Below are positions 9,994 to 21,148 of a stretch of 64,000 nt of DNA, piece after piece. Position 1 is the stretch's first letter. Each line of letters opens with the position of its first letter. The translations under genes and the position numbers were made by a program. The DNA lies in the IMG/VR virus record IMGVR_UViG_3300037067_010746, one strand, 5' to 3'. The stretch is from an uncultured virus (IMG/VR IMGVR_UViG_3300037067_010746) (Duplodnaviria > Heunggongvirae > Uroviricota > Caudoviricetes). The notes beneath the pieces were generated by a model. The model saw nothing but the letters and a program-made list of their open reading frames with translations. It made no database searches and was not told the origin of the DNA.

Positions 9994-11232
9994 ATGAGAA
10001 CTAAGAAAGTTAGAATAGTATCAGTAGATAAAAGATACATGAAAGAAGCCTATCCATTCATCCCTATTTTTGATGATAGAATGGGTGCCTATATTACTGG
10101 TCAGCATATCGACCCAAATGATCCAAGTACAAGAGAAAATCTTACTCGTTTAGAAATGGAAAATCCTTCTACGATTTCTATGGAAAAACGAAAAAGATTT
10201 CCTCATATAATTATTGCAGAAGAACGTATGCCTTTAATGCACCTTCGAAGTTTTAATTTATCTGTAGACGAAACAGGAAATTATATAAACCAAAAAGATG
10301 CTGCAGAGTTCAACTTTTTCGCATTGCATAAATATATGATAGCTCCAAGCAAAGATCAAGTAAAAGAAGGTACTCATTATTTCTATATTGAAAATTTGGA
10401 AGCAGAAGCGGAATTCAGATTGTCAAAAAAGAAATTACGTTACGAAGCGGAAAAATTTATTCGTGAGAAAGCAAATATGTCTAAATATCGTGATATAGCA
10501 TTAATGTTAAATTATCATATCAAAGAATTTAGAGCAAACGTAAATGCTCCGGAAAGTATTCTTGAGGATAAGATAGTACAAGCTTGTGAAGAATATCCAG
10601 CAGATGTTATTAAATGTTTCAGTGAAGAAGCTGAAAGGGATATTTTTATTCTTAGAGCAGAATATAATGGTCTTATTGTTCGTAAGGGAGATTCTTTCTT
10701 TGATGGATCCCAGTATCTTGGTGATTCTATAGAGGATATTAAAAAGTTTGTAAAAACAGAAGATGGTTCTCGCTATGAAAGACGATGGGCTTCACAACTT
10801 GCGAAAGTAACTAATGAACCTAAAGCAATTTCAGCAGATAAATCTCGAAAAGAACGATTTGAAAGTTTAGTTGATAAATGTTCAAGATTTATTATTACAG
10901 GATTTTTTGATGATGCATTAAACTTCTATCAAGAAGCTTTTACATTAGATCCAGAAAATTCAATTTTAGTAACATTGAAAGAGCAAATTGATAATGGCAC
11001 TAAAGGAAGTACTATAATATTAGACATTGCTAATGCAGAGACATCGGAAGAGTTATCTGCAGAAGATTTTAAAACATCTCTGATAGAAAAGTATAATTCT
11101 AAAAATCGCCAAAGTCTTATTGCTACATGCCGTCAACTTAAATTTGAAGTAGAAGTCTATACAAATCTCGAAGATGAAGGTATTAGAAATCTAATCATTG
11201 AATACAAAATAAAGGAAAGTTATGATAAATAA
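9994..11232 (+). CDS. Conserved crAss-like protein downstream of MCP (C-terminal TPR-like helices)
   Basis: Long ORF. ATG at 9994 after an A-rich leader is preferred over the GTG at 9934. ALNFYQEAFTLDPEN resembles a TPR. Confidence 0.6.
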   Translation: MRTKKVRIVSVDKRYMKEAYPFIPIFDDRMGAYITGQHIDPNDPSTRENLTRLEMENPSTISMEKRKRFPHIIIAEERMPLMHLRSFNLSVDETGNYINQKDAAEFNFFALHKYMIAPSKDQVKEGTHYFYIENLEAEAEFRLSKKKLRYEAEKFIREKANMSKYRDIALMLNYHIKEFRANVNAPESILEDKIVQACEEYPADVIKCFSEEAERDIFILRAEYNGLIVRKGDSFFDGSQYLGDSIEDIKKFVKTEDGSRYERRWASQLAKVTNEPKAISADKSRKERFESLVDKCSRFIITGFFDDALNFYQEAFTLDPENSILVTLKEQIDNGTKGSTIILDIANAETSEELSAEDFKTSLIEKYNSKNRQSLIATCRQLKFEVEVYTNLEDEGIRNLIIEYKIKESYDK

Positions 11233-12016
11233 TGTTTTAGATATGTACAAGTCCTTATTGGACGGAGTAAAAAAAGATAGCACAGCTATTATTTCTCCAA
11301 ACCAATTTAATCGTATTATAAATGATTGGGGTCAAGATGAGTGGATTAAAGAGAATGCCCTTGCGGTTGAGTTTAATCAAAAACAAATTGATGACCTTGA
11401 TAAGTTACGATGCGTTACTGATGGTTTATTCCAATGGGATAACAATGGTACATTGATAACATTATTTCCTTTAGCTCCAGTATCAACCAATGATAAAAAT
11501 TTCATTATCCCTAAGTATGTTCAAATAAATATAAACAATAGGAAAGATAACGGTACAGTTGAAACTCAAGATTATCCACAATACTTGCGTATGCTTAATG
11601 TTAGTTTTAAGTTAACATATGGTGCTAATCAAGAATGTAAACTTACCGGAACTTCCGATTGGTTACCTGCATCAATTATGCGGTCAGATAAACGTTCAGT
11701 TGTCTTTGATAATCCTTTTAGATTACCAAAAGATTCACGACTATATTACGAGTTAATAAATGGAACTGTACGTTTAATCACAAGCAATGCTTCTACTTCT
11801 GTAGGATATGCTTTAAGACTTGAATTTTTGAGATATCCAGTATCTATTTTCTTTGATCCTGATAGAGCAACAGCAAATGATGTAAATTGTGAAGTCGGAC
11901 CCCAACAACAAAAAGAAATAGTTGATATCGCAGTACGAACATATCTTGAAAGAGTAAGAGATCCAAGATACCAGAGTTTCTTAAATGAAGAGGCTATTAA
12001 ATCTTATAGTAAATAA
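11222..12016 (+). CDS. Putative virion ring/head-tail connector protein
   Basis: 264 aa; the C-terminal LRYP...CE....EIVDIAV pattern resembles crAss ring proteins. Confidence 0.6.
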   Translation: MINNVLDMYKSLLDGVKKDSTAIISPNQFNRIINDWGQDEWIKENALAVEFNQKQIDDLDKLRCVTDGLFQWDNNGTLITLFPLAPVSTNDKNFIIPKYVQININNRKDNGTVETQDYPQYLRMLNVSFKLTYGANQECKLTGTSDWLPASIMRSDKRSVVFDNPFRLPKDSRLYYELINGTVRLITSNASTSVGYALRLEFLRYPVSIFFDPDRATANDVNCEVGPQQQKEIVDIAVRTYLERVRDPRYQSFLNEEAIKSYSK

Positions 12017-12037
12017 AAAATTTAAAAATATTATATT

Positions 12038-13477
12038 ATGCAAAATTTAACGTATCAAAAAGTACAATTCCTATTCTCAGCAATAGGACCTGCTCAGATA
12101 GCAACTTATACCGATAAAGATGGTGTAAAAAAGTTAATCTTGAAAGAAAAAGGACTTGAGTTAATCGGAGGTGCTTCGGCATCTTATGGAAAAGCGTATA
12201 CAGATGATTACATGAAAAAAGCTGTATTATTAACTCAAACTAAAAATGCTCCGGCTGAAACATCTAATGTTCAATTTGGCTTCCGTGTAGTTTCAAAATA
12301 CCGAACTCCGGCTTATATTGACAATAGTGAATTTTGGCCTCATGGAAAATGGTATGGAGGTATTTATCCTAACTTAAGCACTTTTACAGATGCTCAAGTT
12401 GTAGGTATGGATAATGCTATCATCGATATGATTACAGCTGATGCTGGGTTCTCAAATAATCCTACTACTCCAGGTGGAGCAGTTGTTCGAATTCGTCGTG
12501 CATATACAGTTGTTGATACTGATAATAGCGATGCTTCTGGATTTACTGTTACATGGCCGGATGGGACAACAACAGTAATTGCTACGGCAGCTACTTTTGC
12601 TGATGGTCAATTAGGAACTCAAATAATGGCAAATGCTACTGTAGCTTATGGTAGTACAGTAAAGGCATTACTTGAAGTTTATCAAATTGCAGTTGATACT
12701 TATGTAATTACATCTCGTAATCCGGGATTAAAATTCTCATTAGGTACAGCAGTTGATTCTATTATTAGTGTTCCAGGTTTATTACTTGACAGTAAATATG
12801 ATGATATCAATTTCGATCTTCAATTTGACACTTATGAATGGGCAGCTCAAGGTTTAAACTTGACTAAACTTTCTCAAAGTAGTTTCACAACAGCTCTTAA
12901 TGCTCACATATCAGTAGATGGAACGGTAACAGAAGTTATTGCTGCAACAAATCAAGCAACTCAATTAGCTGCAATATCAGCTATTACAGGTATTACAGCT
13001 TTAAATGATAGTACTTTAGGATTCACTATTGCATCTGCATTAACTGTCGATACAATGATGGTGAATTTCCCAGTATTAAATTTAGCTGGAACTGACCCTC
13101 TTACTGCAACAACTGCGGCTATAACTTATGAAGCAACTTCAAATGGAAGATTCTCTTCATTAAATGCAGATGATGTTCAACGTATATTTGCGGAAGCTGA
13201 CCATGCTGGTTATCTTCGTACAGCAATACGTGGGAATTTCCCTACTGTTGCGGGTATTTCGTATACTAAATTCTTGATTTCAGGAATTAACACAGTTGGA
13301 GCCATTCATGGTGCAAGCCATTTAAATTCTTCTAAGGTAACAATTGAAATCTTTGTTCCAACGTCAGCATGTCGCGGAAACTTATGGGATGCAACAGATA
13401 ATGCTTCTGGTAATGATGTATGTTCGGGTACTGCCGATATGACAATTGAAGAATTGTTGACCTATTGGGCATCGTAA
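12038..13477 (+). CDS. Putative abundant structural protein (auxiliary capsid/decoration-like)
   Basis: 479 aa, Thr/Ala/Gly-rich beta-type composition, followed by a strong terminator. Confidence 0.55.
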   Translation: MQNLTYQKVQFLFSAIGPAQIATYTDKDGVKKLILKEKGLELIGGASASYGKAYTDDYMKKAVLLTQTKNAPAETSNVQFGFRVVSKYRTPAYIDNSEFWPHGKWYGGIYPNLSTFTDAQVVGMDNAIIDMITADAGFSNNPTTPGGAVVRIRRAYTVVDTDNSDASGFTVTWPDGTTTVIATAATFADGQLGTQIMANATVAYGSTVKALLEVYQIAVDTYVITSRNPGLKFSLGTAVDSIISVPGLLLDSKYDDINFDLQFDTYEWAAQGLNLTKLSQSSFTTALNAHISVDGTVTEVIAATNQATQLAAISAITGITALNDSTLGFTIASALTVDTMMVNFPVLNLAGTDPLTATTAAITYEATSNGRFSSLNADDVQRIFAEADHAGYLRTAIRGNFPTVAGISYTKFLISGINTVGAIHGASHLNSSKVTIEIFVPTSACRGNLWDATDNASGNDVCSGTADMTIEELLTYWAS

Positions 13478-13491
13478 TTATTAACTTACTA

Positions 13492-13523
13492 AAAGGGGGA
13501 GGATTTCGGTTCTCCCCTTTCTT
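13492..13523 (+). terminator. Rho-independent terminator
   Basis: Hairpin GGGGAGGAT-TTCG-GTTCTCCCC with a UUCG loop, followed by TTTCTT, in the gap after the capsid gene block. Confidence 0.85.
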
Positions 13524-13541
13524 AGTTTAAATAAGAATGTA

Positions 13542-14231
13542 ATGAATAAGACGTACAAAGAAATAGCATATTCCATACTTGAAAGTCTATATGGACACAA
13601 TATTATTGATGATTATAATATTTCAATTGATTTTATTAAAGCTAAAATTAATGATGTAAATATTCGATTACAAGAAGAAGTATTTAAACAACATGATTCT
13701 TTAGAAGCTTTCTATCAAAAACAATGTTGTATCGAAGTGGTATGCGAAAAAACAAGCTGTGTTATCGAAGGAGAAATGGTTTCTTCAGGAGATGTAGTTT
13801 GGTATTCCGAAATTCCCTCATTAAATCCAAAAATAGGATGGAAAAATATATCTTATTTAGGGAAAAGCGATATGCTTAAAGGTTTTAAAAGAGTTACATT
13901 TTCTGGATTTATGTCAGGAGCACAACTTGATTGGACACGAGGACCAATATTTACAATAGTTGGGAATAAAATTTATTTTCGTGATTTACCTACAACCGGA
14001 ACAAGAATGCTTTGCATGGTAGCAATACTTGCAAATCCTATTTTAGCTTGTAATTTTAACGAAGATCAACCATATCCAACACCGGATGCGTATAAACTCG
14101 AATTATTAGTCAAAAAGGATATATTATCAACATTCCCTGCAATGCCTACAGACGAGATACAAGATTCAAGAGATAATGTTGGAGCAACTCAAGGCAAAAC
14201 AGGCGAAGTAAACTCGCCAAAAAATGGATAA
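13542..14231 (+). CDS. Putative virion ring/tail protein
   Basis: 229 aa in the structural block; C-terminal NP..C...D..YP pattern as in crAss ring proteins. Confidence 0.55.
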   Translation: MNKTYKEIAYSILESLYGHNIIDDYNISIDFIKAKINDVNIRLQEEVFKQHDSLEAFYQKQCCIEVVCEKTSCVIEGEMVSSGDVVWYSEIPSLNPKIGWKNISYLGKSDMLKGFKRVTFSGFMSGAQLDWTRGPIFTIVGNKIYFRDLPTTGTRMLCMVAILANPILACNFNEDQPYPTPDAYKLELLVKKDILSTFPAMPTDEIQDSRDNVGATQGKTGEVNSPKNG

Positions 14232-14694
14232 AATTACAATGTGTGCGCGTATTTCTCTTCAAGGAGATGATGATACGTTTAAGAATTTTATTACACAACT
14301 ACAATATGAATATACTGATAAAGAATATCGTATGATTACAGAGCACTTTGCCGATAAAGAAGATTTGGGCAAGGTGTGTTTTCATTATAAAGTGTTACGA
14401 GATAATGTGACATTTTGGGTTCCTGGATTATATTGTGTAGAATACAATGGAGAGATAGGAATCTATAATAAAAAAGGTCGGTTCGATAATGTAGAAGTTA
14501 CAGACGATCTATTAATCAAAAAAGGAGAACTGGAGAGAAGAAAATTCTCAAATGAAGATGCCGCTCCTGATTTCGCAAAACTTACAGAACTTATGCTTGG
14601 TAGACGAATAGATAACAGATATGTTGCTGATGTCGATCCAAAACTAATTAGACTTCGATTAGATGCAAATGAATGCAATACTGGAATATTATGA
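14224..14694 (+). CDS. Hypothetical protein
   Basis: 156-aa ORF overlapping both neighbours. Confidence 0.6.
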   Translation: MDKITMCARISLQGDDDTFKNFITQLQYEYTDKEYRMITEHFADKEDLGKVCFHYKVLRDNVTFWVPGLYCVEYNGEIGIYNKKGRFDNVEVTDDLLIKKGELERRKFSNEDAAPDFAKLTELMLGRRIDNRYVADVDPKLIRLRLDANECNTGIL

Positions 14695-15137
14695 AACATG
14701 CATATACCATATCAGATACCTTAAATTTAAAAGATCCAATTTTTGATAAAAGAAATCTATTATCATACAAGGAGCTTTTGTCTTCTGAAGTAAAAGGATA
14801 TATGCCTAAACGTTCTTATGAAGAAAGAAGTAATATGTTAGCAAAGAAAATTATAAATGCTTTATGGGAATGTATAATGGAAGATTTGCTGGAGAATGAT
14901 GTTACAATTATATTGTCTACCATTCCATTAATCGAATTTAAAATAAGTTTCCTTAGAAATTTTAATTCAAGTAAATATTTTTACCGAGAGAAAACGAAAG
15001 GTAAATTTTATAAATTAATTGTAATATTAGGACGAAAAATTAGTGATAGTTTAAATGCCTATTACTTCGCATCGTCAAGAGATAGATTAAAGAAAGAAAT
15101 TGTTTCACGCATAGATCAAGGTTACACTTGGTCTTAA
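14691..15137 (+). CDS. Basic protein, possible IHF/HU-like DNA-binding protein
   Basis: ATGA overlap at 14691. The helix-to-beta segment KIINALWECIMEDLLENDVTIIL...FKI resembles HU/IHF, and crAss-like phages carry IHF-like genes at this position. Confidence 0.5.
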   Translation: MKHAYTISDTLNLKDPIFDKRNLLSYKELLSSEVKGYMPKRSYEERSNMLAKKIINALWECIMEDLLENDVTIILSTIPLIEFKISFLRNFNSSKYFYREKTKGKFYKLIVILGRKISDSLNAYYFASSRDRLKKEIVSRIDQGYTWS

Positions 15138-15148
15138 TAGTTTAAGAT

Positions 15149-15790
15149 ATGCAATCAAATCAAAAATACGTAACAGCTGAATCGATTATGGCTCGATTAG
15201 CGATGAAGATAAGAAGTAAAGATTTTACTATAGATGAAATAGTTCAATGGTGTGCTGAGTGTACAATAGAAATAATAAATGCACCTTTAGCAATGTATAA
15301 TTATACTAAAGTGAAACTCATAGTGCAAAATCATAAAGCATTATTACCATGTAATGTTTATCGTCTATTGGATGTTTTTAATTATGGTAATCATCGAATA
15401 AAACAATATTATAATGATGGTACCCATATTAATTTTGGATTTAGTCAAGTTTACGATAATGATACCGATGGGAATCAAGTAATATATATTAATTTTCTTG
15501 GTATTGCTGTTGATACAAAAACAGGATATCCTTTTATATTAAGAGGACACGAACTTGCATGTGAAGCATATTGTACAAAGCAATTGTATCGTGAAGATTT
15601 CTTTCAAGGCAAAATTAATCAAGCAGTATGGAGAGAAATAACAGATGAAAGTAGTCTTCAATGTGCTGCAGCGAATAATGGTATTAGACATCATTCAAAT
15701 GATGATATGCGACAAATGTTATTGCAAGTACATAACATGATACCAAGAATGAAAGAAATTCCAATGTTCCACTTAGATGGTATAGAATAA
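15149..15790 (+). CDS. Putative tail tubular/ring protein (P22 gp4-like role)
   Basis: 213 aa immediately before the large tail stabilization gene; contains LPC and G-x-P-x-I motifs. Confidence 0.6.
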   Translation: MQSNQKYVTAESIMARLAMKIRSKDFTIDEIVQWCAECTIEIINAPLAMYNYTKVKLIVQNHKALLPCNVYRLLDVFNYGNHRIKQYYNDGTHINFGFSQVYDNDTDGNQVIYINFLGIAVDTKTGYPFILRGHELACEAYCTKQLYREDFFQGKINQAVWREITDESSLQCAAANNGIRHHSNDDMRQMLLQVHNMIPRMKEIPMFHLDGIE

Positions 15791-15797
15791 TAATATT

Positions 15798-18700
15798 ATG
15801 CAAAATATAAACGTATTTCATAAAGGCATTAATAGCGACCTTGATTACTCTAAGAGAGATGGTCAGGTATGGGATTTCCCTACATTAAATGCGAGACTTA
15901 TAAATCATAAAGGTCAAGGATATATCATTACCAATATGAATGGTAATGATTTTGATGTTTCTAAGGCAAATGATACAGTTGGTATTGAATTGCCTTTGGG
16001 ATTTGTTCCTTTAGGAGCATGTCAATTAAATGGGATTGCATATATAGTTTCACTAAACGAAGTTACTGGCGAAGGTGAAATAGGTTGCTTCCCAAGTCCA
16101 GCAGTTATAGCTAATATTAATTACACAACTCCAAGTGTAACATTAATGGACTCGGTTAGTGGGTTTAATCGAAGATATAGACCTCTTGTTAATTTCAATA
16201 ATGAAAATGGAAGACATCCATTCAGAACTACTGAATTTAAATTTGACGTAACAAAGTTAATTGATATGTTCGCTGTTACATCATTCGATCGTTCTGTTGA
16301 CATTTATATGGCAGATGGTAAAAATCTAAATAGAATTATTAATAGTGGTTTTAATGACATCGGAGAACTTACAATTGGAGGACGTTTTTATACAGATAAT
16401 AGTTTCCCATTTATAGTATCTCATGTTCCATTAGTAAATTCTATTCCTCAAAAAGAAACACTTATCATTGAAAAAGGTGGAATATTAAAATCAGGAAATT
16501 ATTATATTCATTTAAGATATGTAACAGAAAGTTTTAACCGGACACATTTTCTTAATGAAGTTGGTCCAATATCAATATTTGCTGGTATATCAGGAGATAA
16601 ATATTCTGTTGAGGGCGTTAAAGGAGATGGTGGAGATAGTGGTGTCGAGAATGAAACTGATAAACGAATACGATTAACTTTATCAAATCTTGACCAAGAA
16701 TACAAATATCTTGAAATTGGAATAACAAGACATTGGAGTGATGATGCTGGTGTAATAGTTGATGATGTTTATACTATTGATAAATTAATTGAGATTACAA
16801 ATACTTCAGAAACAATTATTCTTGATGGTTATGAAACATTATTATCATTAACTCATGCAGAATTAATTGCTCCAGCACAAAAAGATTTAATTGCTGAAAG
16901 TCATACGATTGTTGATAATAGATATTTTGGTGTGAATTGGAAAAGATATGGAGTACATAATAATCATCTATATGAACATGCAAGGCGTATTGTTCCAGGA
17001 TTTAATGATTCGCATAAAATAGCTCTTGATACTGGATATAAAAGTTATGAAAATATTATTGACTATGTAGGATTTTTTAGATTTGAAATATATCCTACTG
17101 GAGTTGTATATGTATTTAAAGGAGGAATTGAAAGTGATACTTATCCAACTGCAGGAATTGATGATATTAACAATCTACATCTTGTGATAGAAGATGGCAT
17201 TTATCGTTTCCCTTCTCATGCATTAAGTCCAACATATAATAATGCTCAACTAAATATTTTAGGATTAACATTTGATACCACTTCAACTAATAATAATAAA
17301 GGTCAATCTGCAAATGATTATTATACAGAAAATGAGTCATGGTTTCAAGAAAATATAATTGGGTTTTATTTTGTTCGTGGAGATAGATTTAAAAATATGT
17401 TATATCAAGGAGTAGCAATGTATGGTACTCGTTCATATAGAATGAAAACTTCGGGTGCTCGTGTTGGAGATTTTAAAGGCATTCTTGAACAATATGATGA
17501 ATCTGCTACAATGTTTAATGGAGGTATTAATGGAGATAATCCAGTTGGTTCTGTTCCTCATGGATGTTCAAGTATTGAATATGATATAGGTACTTCTGAT
17601 TACGATTATTATGATAAAGGACGGCTTGATATATTAGGAAAACCTGATAGAATAGGAGTATTTAGAAGAACAGTAAATAATTGGGCTGTATGGTTAGGTC
17701 AAGCACATAAAAAACATGTTGAAGATCAATCAGCAAGTTCGTATTGGGGAGCAAATAGAACAAATAGTGTTGGTGGAACAGAACATGGTGGTAAAGATGA
17801 CACGATGACTGGTAAAGGTGATGCTAATGAATGTCATTATAATGATCATTGGATGGAAGATAATGAAGAACAAGGATTAATTATGCCAATATGGAAAGGA
17901 TTTTTTCCTTGTTGTAATATTTTAAATAAGAATTCCGAAGAAAGAAAAACTGCAAAAAACTTTATGGGTCGTGCATATTATGTAGAAAAGAAATATGCTT
18001 TGATTTGTCCTGATTATATTTTTAATAGATTTGCTATTGCGCCAGAAGGTTCTGTTATAAGAAAACTTGCTACTTTTAAATATAATGAGAATGATGATGG
18101 TTATGGATTAAGTCAAATTTATGGTGGAAGTAATGATAAAGATACTTATCCATGGTGGTGGTTTGCGGATATTTCAGGATATACATATTATGACACTCCT
18201 ACATTAATTGAAGATGCAAAATTTACTGATGTACCGAAATATACAAAACCTACTTCAGCTAAAGATGGTTTTGTATCTGAATATACCGATCCTGGATTTG
18301 AAGATAATCAGATATATGGGTTTTCTAATCAGTCGAATTGTATGTGGTGGTGGTATAAAGATGAAGGCAGAAGTCAAGGTGGAGGAAATAGAAGTATGTC
18401 AACATGTAAATATATTGGTATAACTCTTAATGAACATATAGATGACGTTAATCATAGTCTATGTAGTATGTTTCAAATTGATCCTTTAACATTAAGTGAG
18501 AATGACTTAATAAATTATTTTGATTTGAAAAATGAACAATATCATAAAATCTCTAATATGATATCACTTGGAGTTTCAACAATAGCGACTATCTTATTTA
18601 AAGGAGATTGTTTCCTCCAAAAAACTTATATAAAACAAATGTCTTGGAGAGGAAGTAGTTGGAATATATATCAAAAAGATAATGAGAGACAATGGTCAGG

Positions 18701-20171
18701 ATTAGATAAGGATAGACGAGAAACTTCTGGAGGATTTTTTGGACTTGATGATGAGCAAAAACTTATTAATTTTGGTCACGGAATGGTAATAGCAATTGTT
18801 ACGGAGAATGAAATTAATGCCGAATTAAGATGCACTTACGAAGAACGAACATTCTATCCTAAATGTGGAGAAGATGGATTAAAATCATTCGCTGTATATT
18901 CTCCTGATACAACAGATAAGACCGAAACATTATCAACTAATGCTGGATATAATCAAATGACTTCAATGAAAGTTTATAGAAATTATAATCTTGACCTTCC
19001 ATTTGTTAATATGCAAAACGAAACAAGAGTTAGATATTCCGATAAATTAATTATTGGTAGTTTTGTTAATACTCTTAGAAATTTGCGAATTGCAGATTTT
19101 GAAGATTACGATACGAGTAGAGGAGCAATGTTAAGATGTTTCAACCATTTGAATTATCTTGTTACATATCAAAAAGAAGGAATTAATCTTCATTATGCAA
19201 ATGAAAGACAAGCAAAAATTGATACTGATCAAGGAAGTATTTTTATGGGTTCTGGTGAACCATTAGCACAACAAGTAAAAGTACTTTCAAATAATGGTAT
19301 TCAACATAAATGGGCAGTAATAAAAGGAGAGAAAGGGATACTATCTTTAGATTGGAATAAACGAAGTGTTAATTATGTTTCATTAGGAATAGTAGGAACA
19401 ACAACATCTTTAGTTTGTAGTAATACATCTCAAGAAAAAATGATTTCATCTTATCTATATGAACTTTGCGAGAACTTTAATAAGCTTACTGATATAAAAG
19501 CTCCATTACCTGATACGATTATGTCTGGTATCGGAATATCTTCAGGATATGATAGAAAATATGGAGAACTTTATTTATCAATAAGATATGCTGGAGTATC
19601 GAAAACATTAGTATACAATGATATGATTGATGCTTTTATTGGCGAAGCAAGTTTTGTATCTCCTTTTTACTTAACTTTGAATAATGATTTTTATTCAGCA
19701 TTTTGGAATGGAGGAACAACTAATTCAAATAAAATATATAGACATGACATCGATACTAAAATTCAAACATTTTATGGAACAATATATCCTTGGTTATTAA
19801 CAGTAATAGTAAATGGAGCATCGTCAGAAAATAGTACAGTTAATTATTCTAAACGATTTTCTTCTTTAGAAATAGAATCGGCAGAAATAGGTTTTTCAGA
19901 AATACAGTACTCAACATTAAAACAAATAGGATTACATGATACATTTAATATCGATGATGAAAGATTTTGGATTGCTCCTACTTACTTAGAAGGAAAATGG
20001 AAATTTCCAATTCAATCTCAAACATCTGGAGATGATTTTTATTCCGGTAATGAGTTTGATAAAGAATCTGATATGAGAGGGGAATGGATGAAAATAGAAT
20101 TAAGATATACTGGTACTGAAAGACTATTTATAAAATCAATAATAACATATTACGAAATATCTAATTTTTAA
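15798..20171 (+). CDS. Tail stabilization/muzzle protein (P22 gp10-like role)
   Basis: 1457 aa. N-terminal NVFHKGINSDLD...NAR, internal RVRYSD and C-terminal MRGEWMKIEL are typical of crAss muzzle proteins. Confidence 0.75.
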   Translation: MQNINVFHKGINSDLDYSKRDGQVWDFPTLNARLINHKGQGYIITNMNGNDFDVSKANDTVGIELPLGFVPLGACQLNGIAYIVSLNEVTGEGEIGCFPSPAVIANINYTTPSVTLMDSVSGFNRRYRPLVNFNNENGRHPFRTTEFKFDVTKLIDMFAVTSFDRSVDIYMADGKNLNRIINSGFNDIGELTIGGRFYTDNSFPFIVSHVPLVNSIPQKETLIIEKGGILKSGNYYIHLRYVTESFNRTHFLNEVGPISIFAGISGDKYSVEGVKGDGGDSGVENETDKRIRLTLSNLDQEYKYLEIGITRHWSDDAGVIVDDVYTIDKLIEITNTSETIILDGYETLLSLTHAELIAPAQKDLIAESHTIVDNRYFGVNWKRYGVHNNHLYEHARRIVPGFNDSHKIALDTGYKSYENIIDYVGFFRFEIYPTGVVYVFKGGIESDTYPTAGIDDINNLHLVIEDGIYRFPSHALSPTYNNAQLNILGLTFDTTSTNNNKGQSANDYYTENESWFQENIIGFYFVRGDRFKNMLYQGVAMYGTRSYRMKTSGARVGDFKGILEQYDESATMFNGGINGDNPVGSVPHGCSSIEYDIGTSDYDYYDKGRLDILGKPDRIGVFRRTVNNWAVWLGQAHKKHVEDQSASSYWGANRTNSVGGTEHGGKDDTMTGKGDANECHYNDHWMEDNEEQGLIMPIWKGFFPCCNILNKNSEERKTAKNFMGRAYYVEKKYALICPDYIFNRFAIAPEGSVIRKLATFKYNENDDGYGLSQIYGGSNDKDTYPWWWFADISGYTYYDTPTLIEDAKFTDVPKYTKPTSAKDGFVSEYTDPGFEDNQIYGFSNQSNCMWWWYKDEGRSQGGGNRSMSTCKYIGITLNEHIDDVNHSLCSMFQIDPLTLSENDLINYFDLKNEQYHKISNMISLGVSTIATILFKGDCFLQKTYIKQMSWRGSSWNIYQKDNERQWSGLDKDRRETSGGFFGLDDEQKLINFGHGMVIAIVTENEINAELRCTYEERTFYPKCGEDGLKSFAVYSPDTTDKTETLSTNAGYNQMTSMKVYRNYNLDLPFVNMQNETRVRYSDKLIIGSFVNTLRNLRIADFEDYDTSRGAMLRCFNHLNYLVTYQKEGINLHYANERQAKIDTDQGSIFMGSGEPLAQQVKVLSNNGIQHKWAVIKGEKGILSLDWNKRSVNYVSLGIVGTTTSLVCSNTSQEKMISSYLYELCENFNKLTDIKAPLPDTIMSGIGISSGYDRKYGELYLSIRYAGVSKTLVYNDMIDAFIGEASFVSPFYLTLNNDFYSAFWNGGTTNSNKIYRHDIDTKIQTFYGTIYPWLLTVIVNGASSENSTVNYSKRFSSLEIESAEIGFSEIQYSTLKQIGLHDTFNIDDERFWIAPTYLEGKWKFPIQSQTSGDDFYSGNEFDKESDMRGEWMKIELRYTGTERLFIKSIITYYEISNF

Positions 20172-20175
20172 AATT

Positions 20176-20787
20176 ATGGCAAAAGTTACAAATAAAGGTG
20201 CGGCATTAAATACCACAAGTGGGTTAGCTTCAGGAGCCGCATCTGGAGCCGCAATTGGTTCATTATTTGCTCCAGGAATAGGAACAGCAATTGGAGCAGC
20301 TGGTGGAGCATTAATTGGTGGAACAGCCGGGTTCCTTGCTGGAAGAAAAAATGCAGAACGAAATGTTCAGTCGTTACGTATAGGACCAGGATTTGAAGAT
20401 GCTGGATATTATACTCAAGATTTAAGTAAAGACTATAGTTTCCAAAATAAAATAATAGGTGGAGATCCAACAACTGGGGCTAAAATAGGTCAAGGAATGG
20501 ATGCTGGATTAAAAGTAGCAGGTTCATTAGCAGGAACAGTTGGAGGAGTATCTGGAACAACTCCGAACATAACTACACCATCAATAACTCAACCTCAAGG
20601 AGTAGATTTAAAAGCATTGTTAAATGAAGATGTATTTATGAATCAACAAAATCCAACAGATAATAATGAGCAGAATAATATCTTTAAAGGACCCGATTTA
20701 GAAATCCAATCACAAGATTATTGGAAGAATTATTTGCAGAAAGGCAAAACGTCTTTAACTAAAAATCCTTATTCAACAACAGTGTAA
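20176..20787 (+). CDS. Putative ejection (internal virion) protein with Gly-zipper membrane segment
   Basis: GASGAAIG...GTAIGAAGGALIGG Gly/Ala repeats, directly after the muzzle gene. Confidence 0.6.
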   Translation: MAKVTNKGAALNTTSGLASGAASGAAIGSLFAPGIGTAIGAAGGALIGGTAGFLAGRKNAERNVQSLRIGPGFEDAGYYTQDLSKDYSFQNKIIGGDPTTGAKIGQGMDAGLKVAGSLAGTVGGVSGTTPNITTPSITQPQGVDLKALLNEDVFMNQQNPTDNNEQNNIFKGPDLEIQSQDYWKNYLQKGKTSLTKNPYSTTV

Positions 20788-20798
20788 TCTATGATATT

Positions 20799-21134
20799 AT
20801 GAGAGATAATAATAAATTACGTAGAGATTATATACGAGAACGATCTTCAGCAAATACCACTGAAGATTTTTCTGTAGATAAGAAAGTCGAAAATGACAAA
20901 TCTATTCTTGAATTAGAAAAGAAAAGGAAAAAACATATAACTACTCTTGTTGATAATGAAAAGTTATCTTGGGAGGATGCATCTAAAAAATCATTAGAAA
21001 TAATGCCAGATGCTCAATTAGAATCTACTATATTTGAAAATCAAGAAGAAGATGATAGTATTGAAGATGAACTTGATGATAATCAAATTCAAGAATTACG
21101 AGATAAAGGATATAAGGTATCTGAGATTAATTAA
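20799..21134 (+). CDS. Hypothetical acidic protein
   Basis: 111-aa ORF filling the gap on the coding strand. Confidence 0.6.
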   Translation: MRDNNKLRRDYIRERSSANTTEDFSVDKKVENDKSILELEKKRKKHITTLVDNEKLSWEDASKKSLEIMPDAQLESTIFENQEEDDSIEDELDDNQIQELRDKGYKVSEIN

Positions 21135-21148
21135 ATAAAAATTGTATA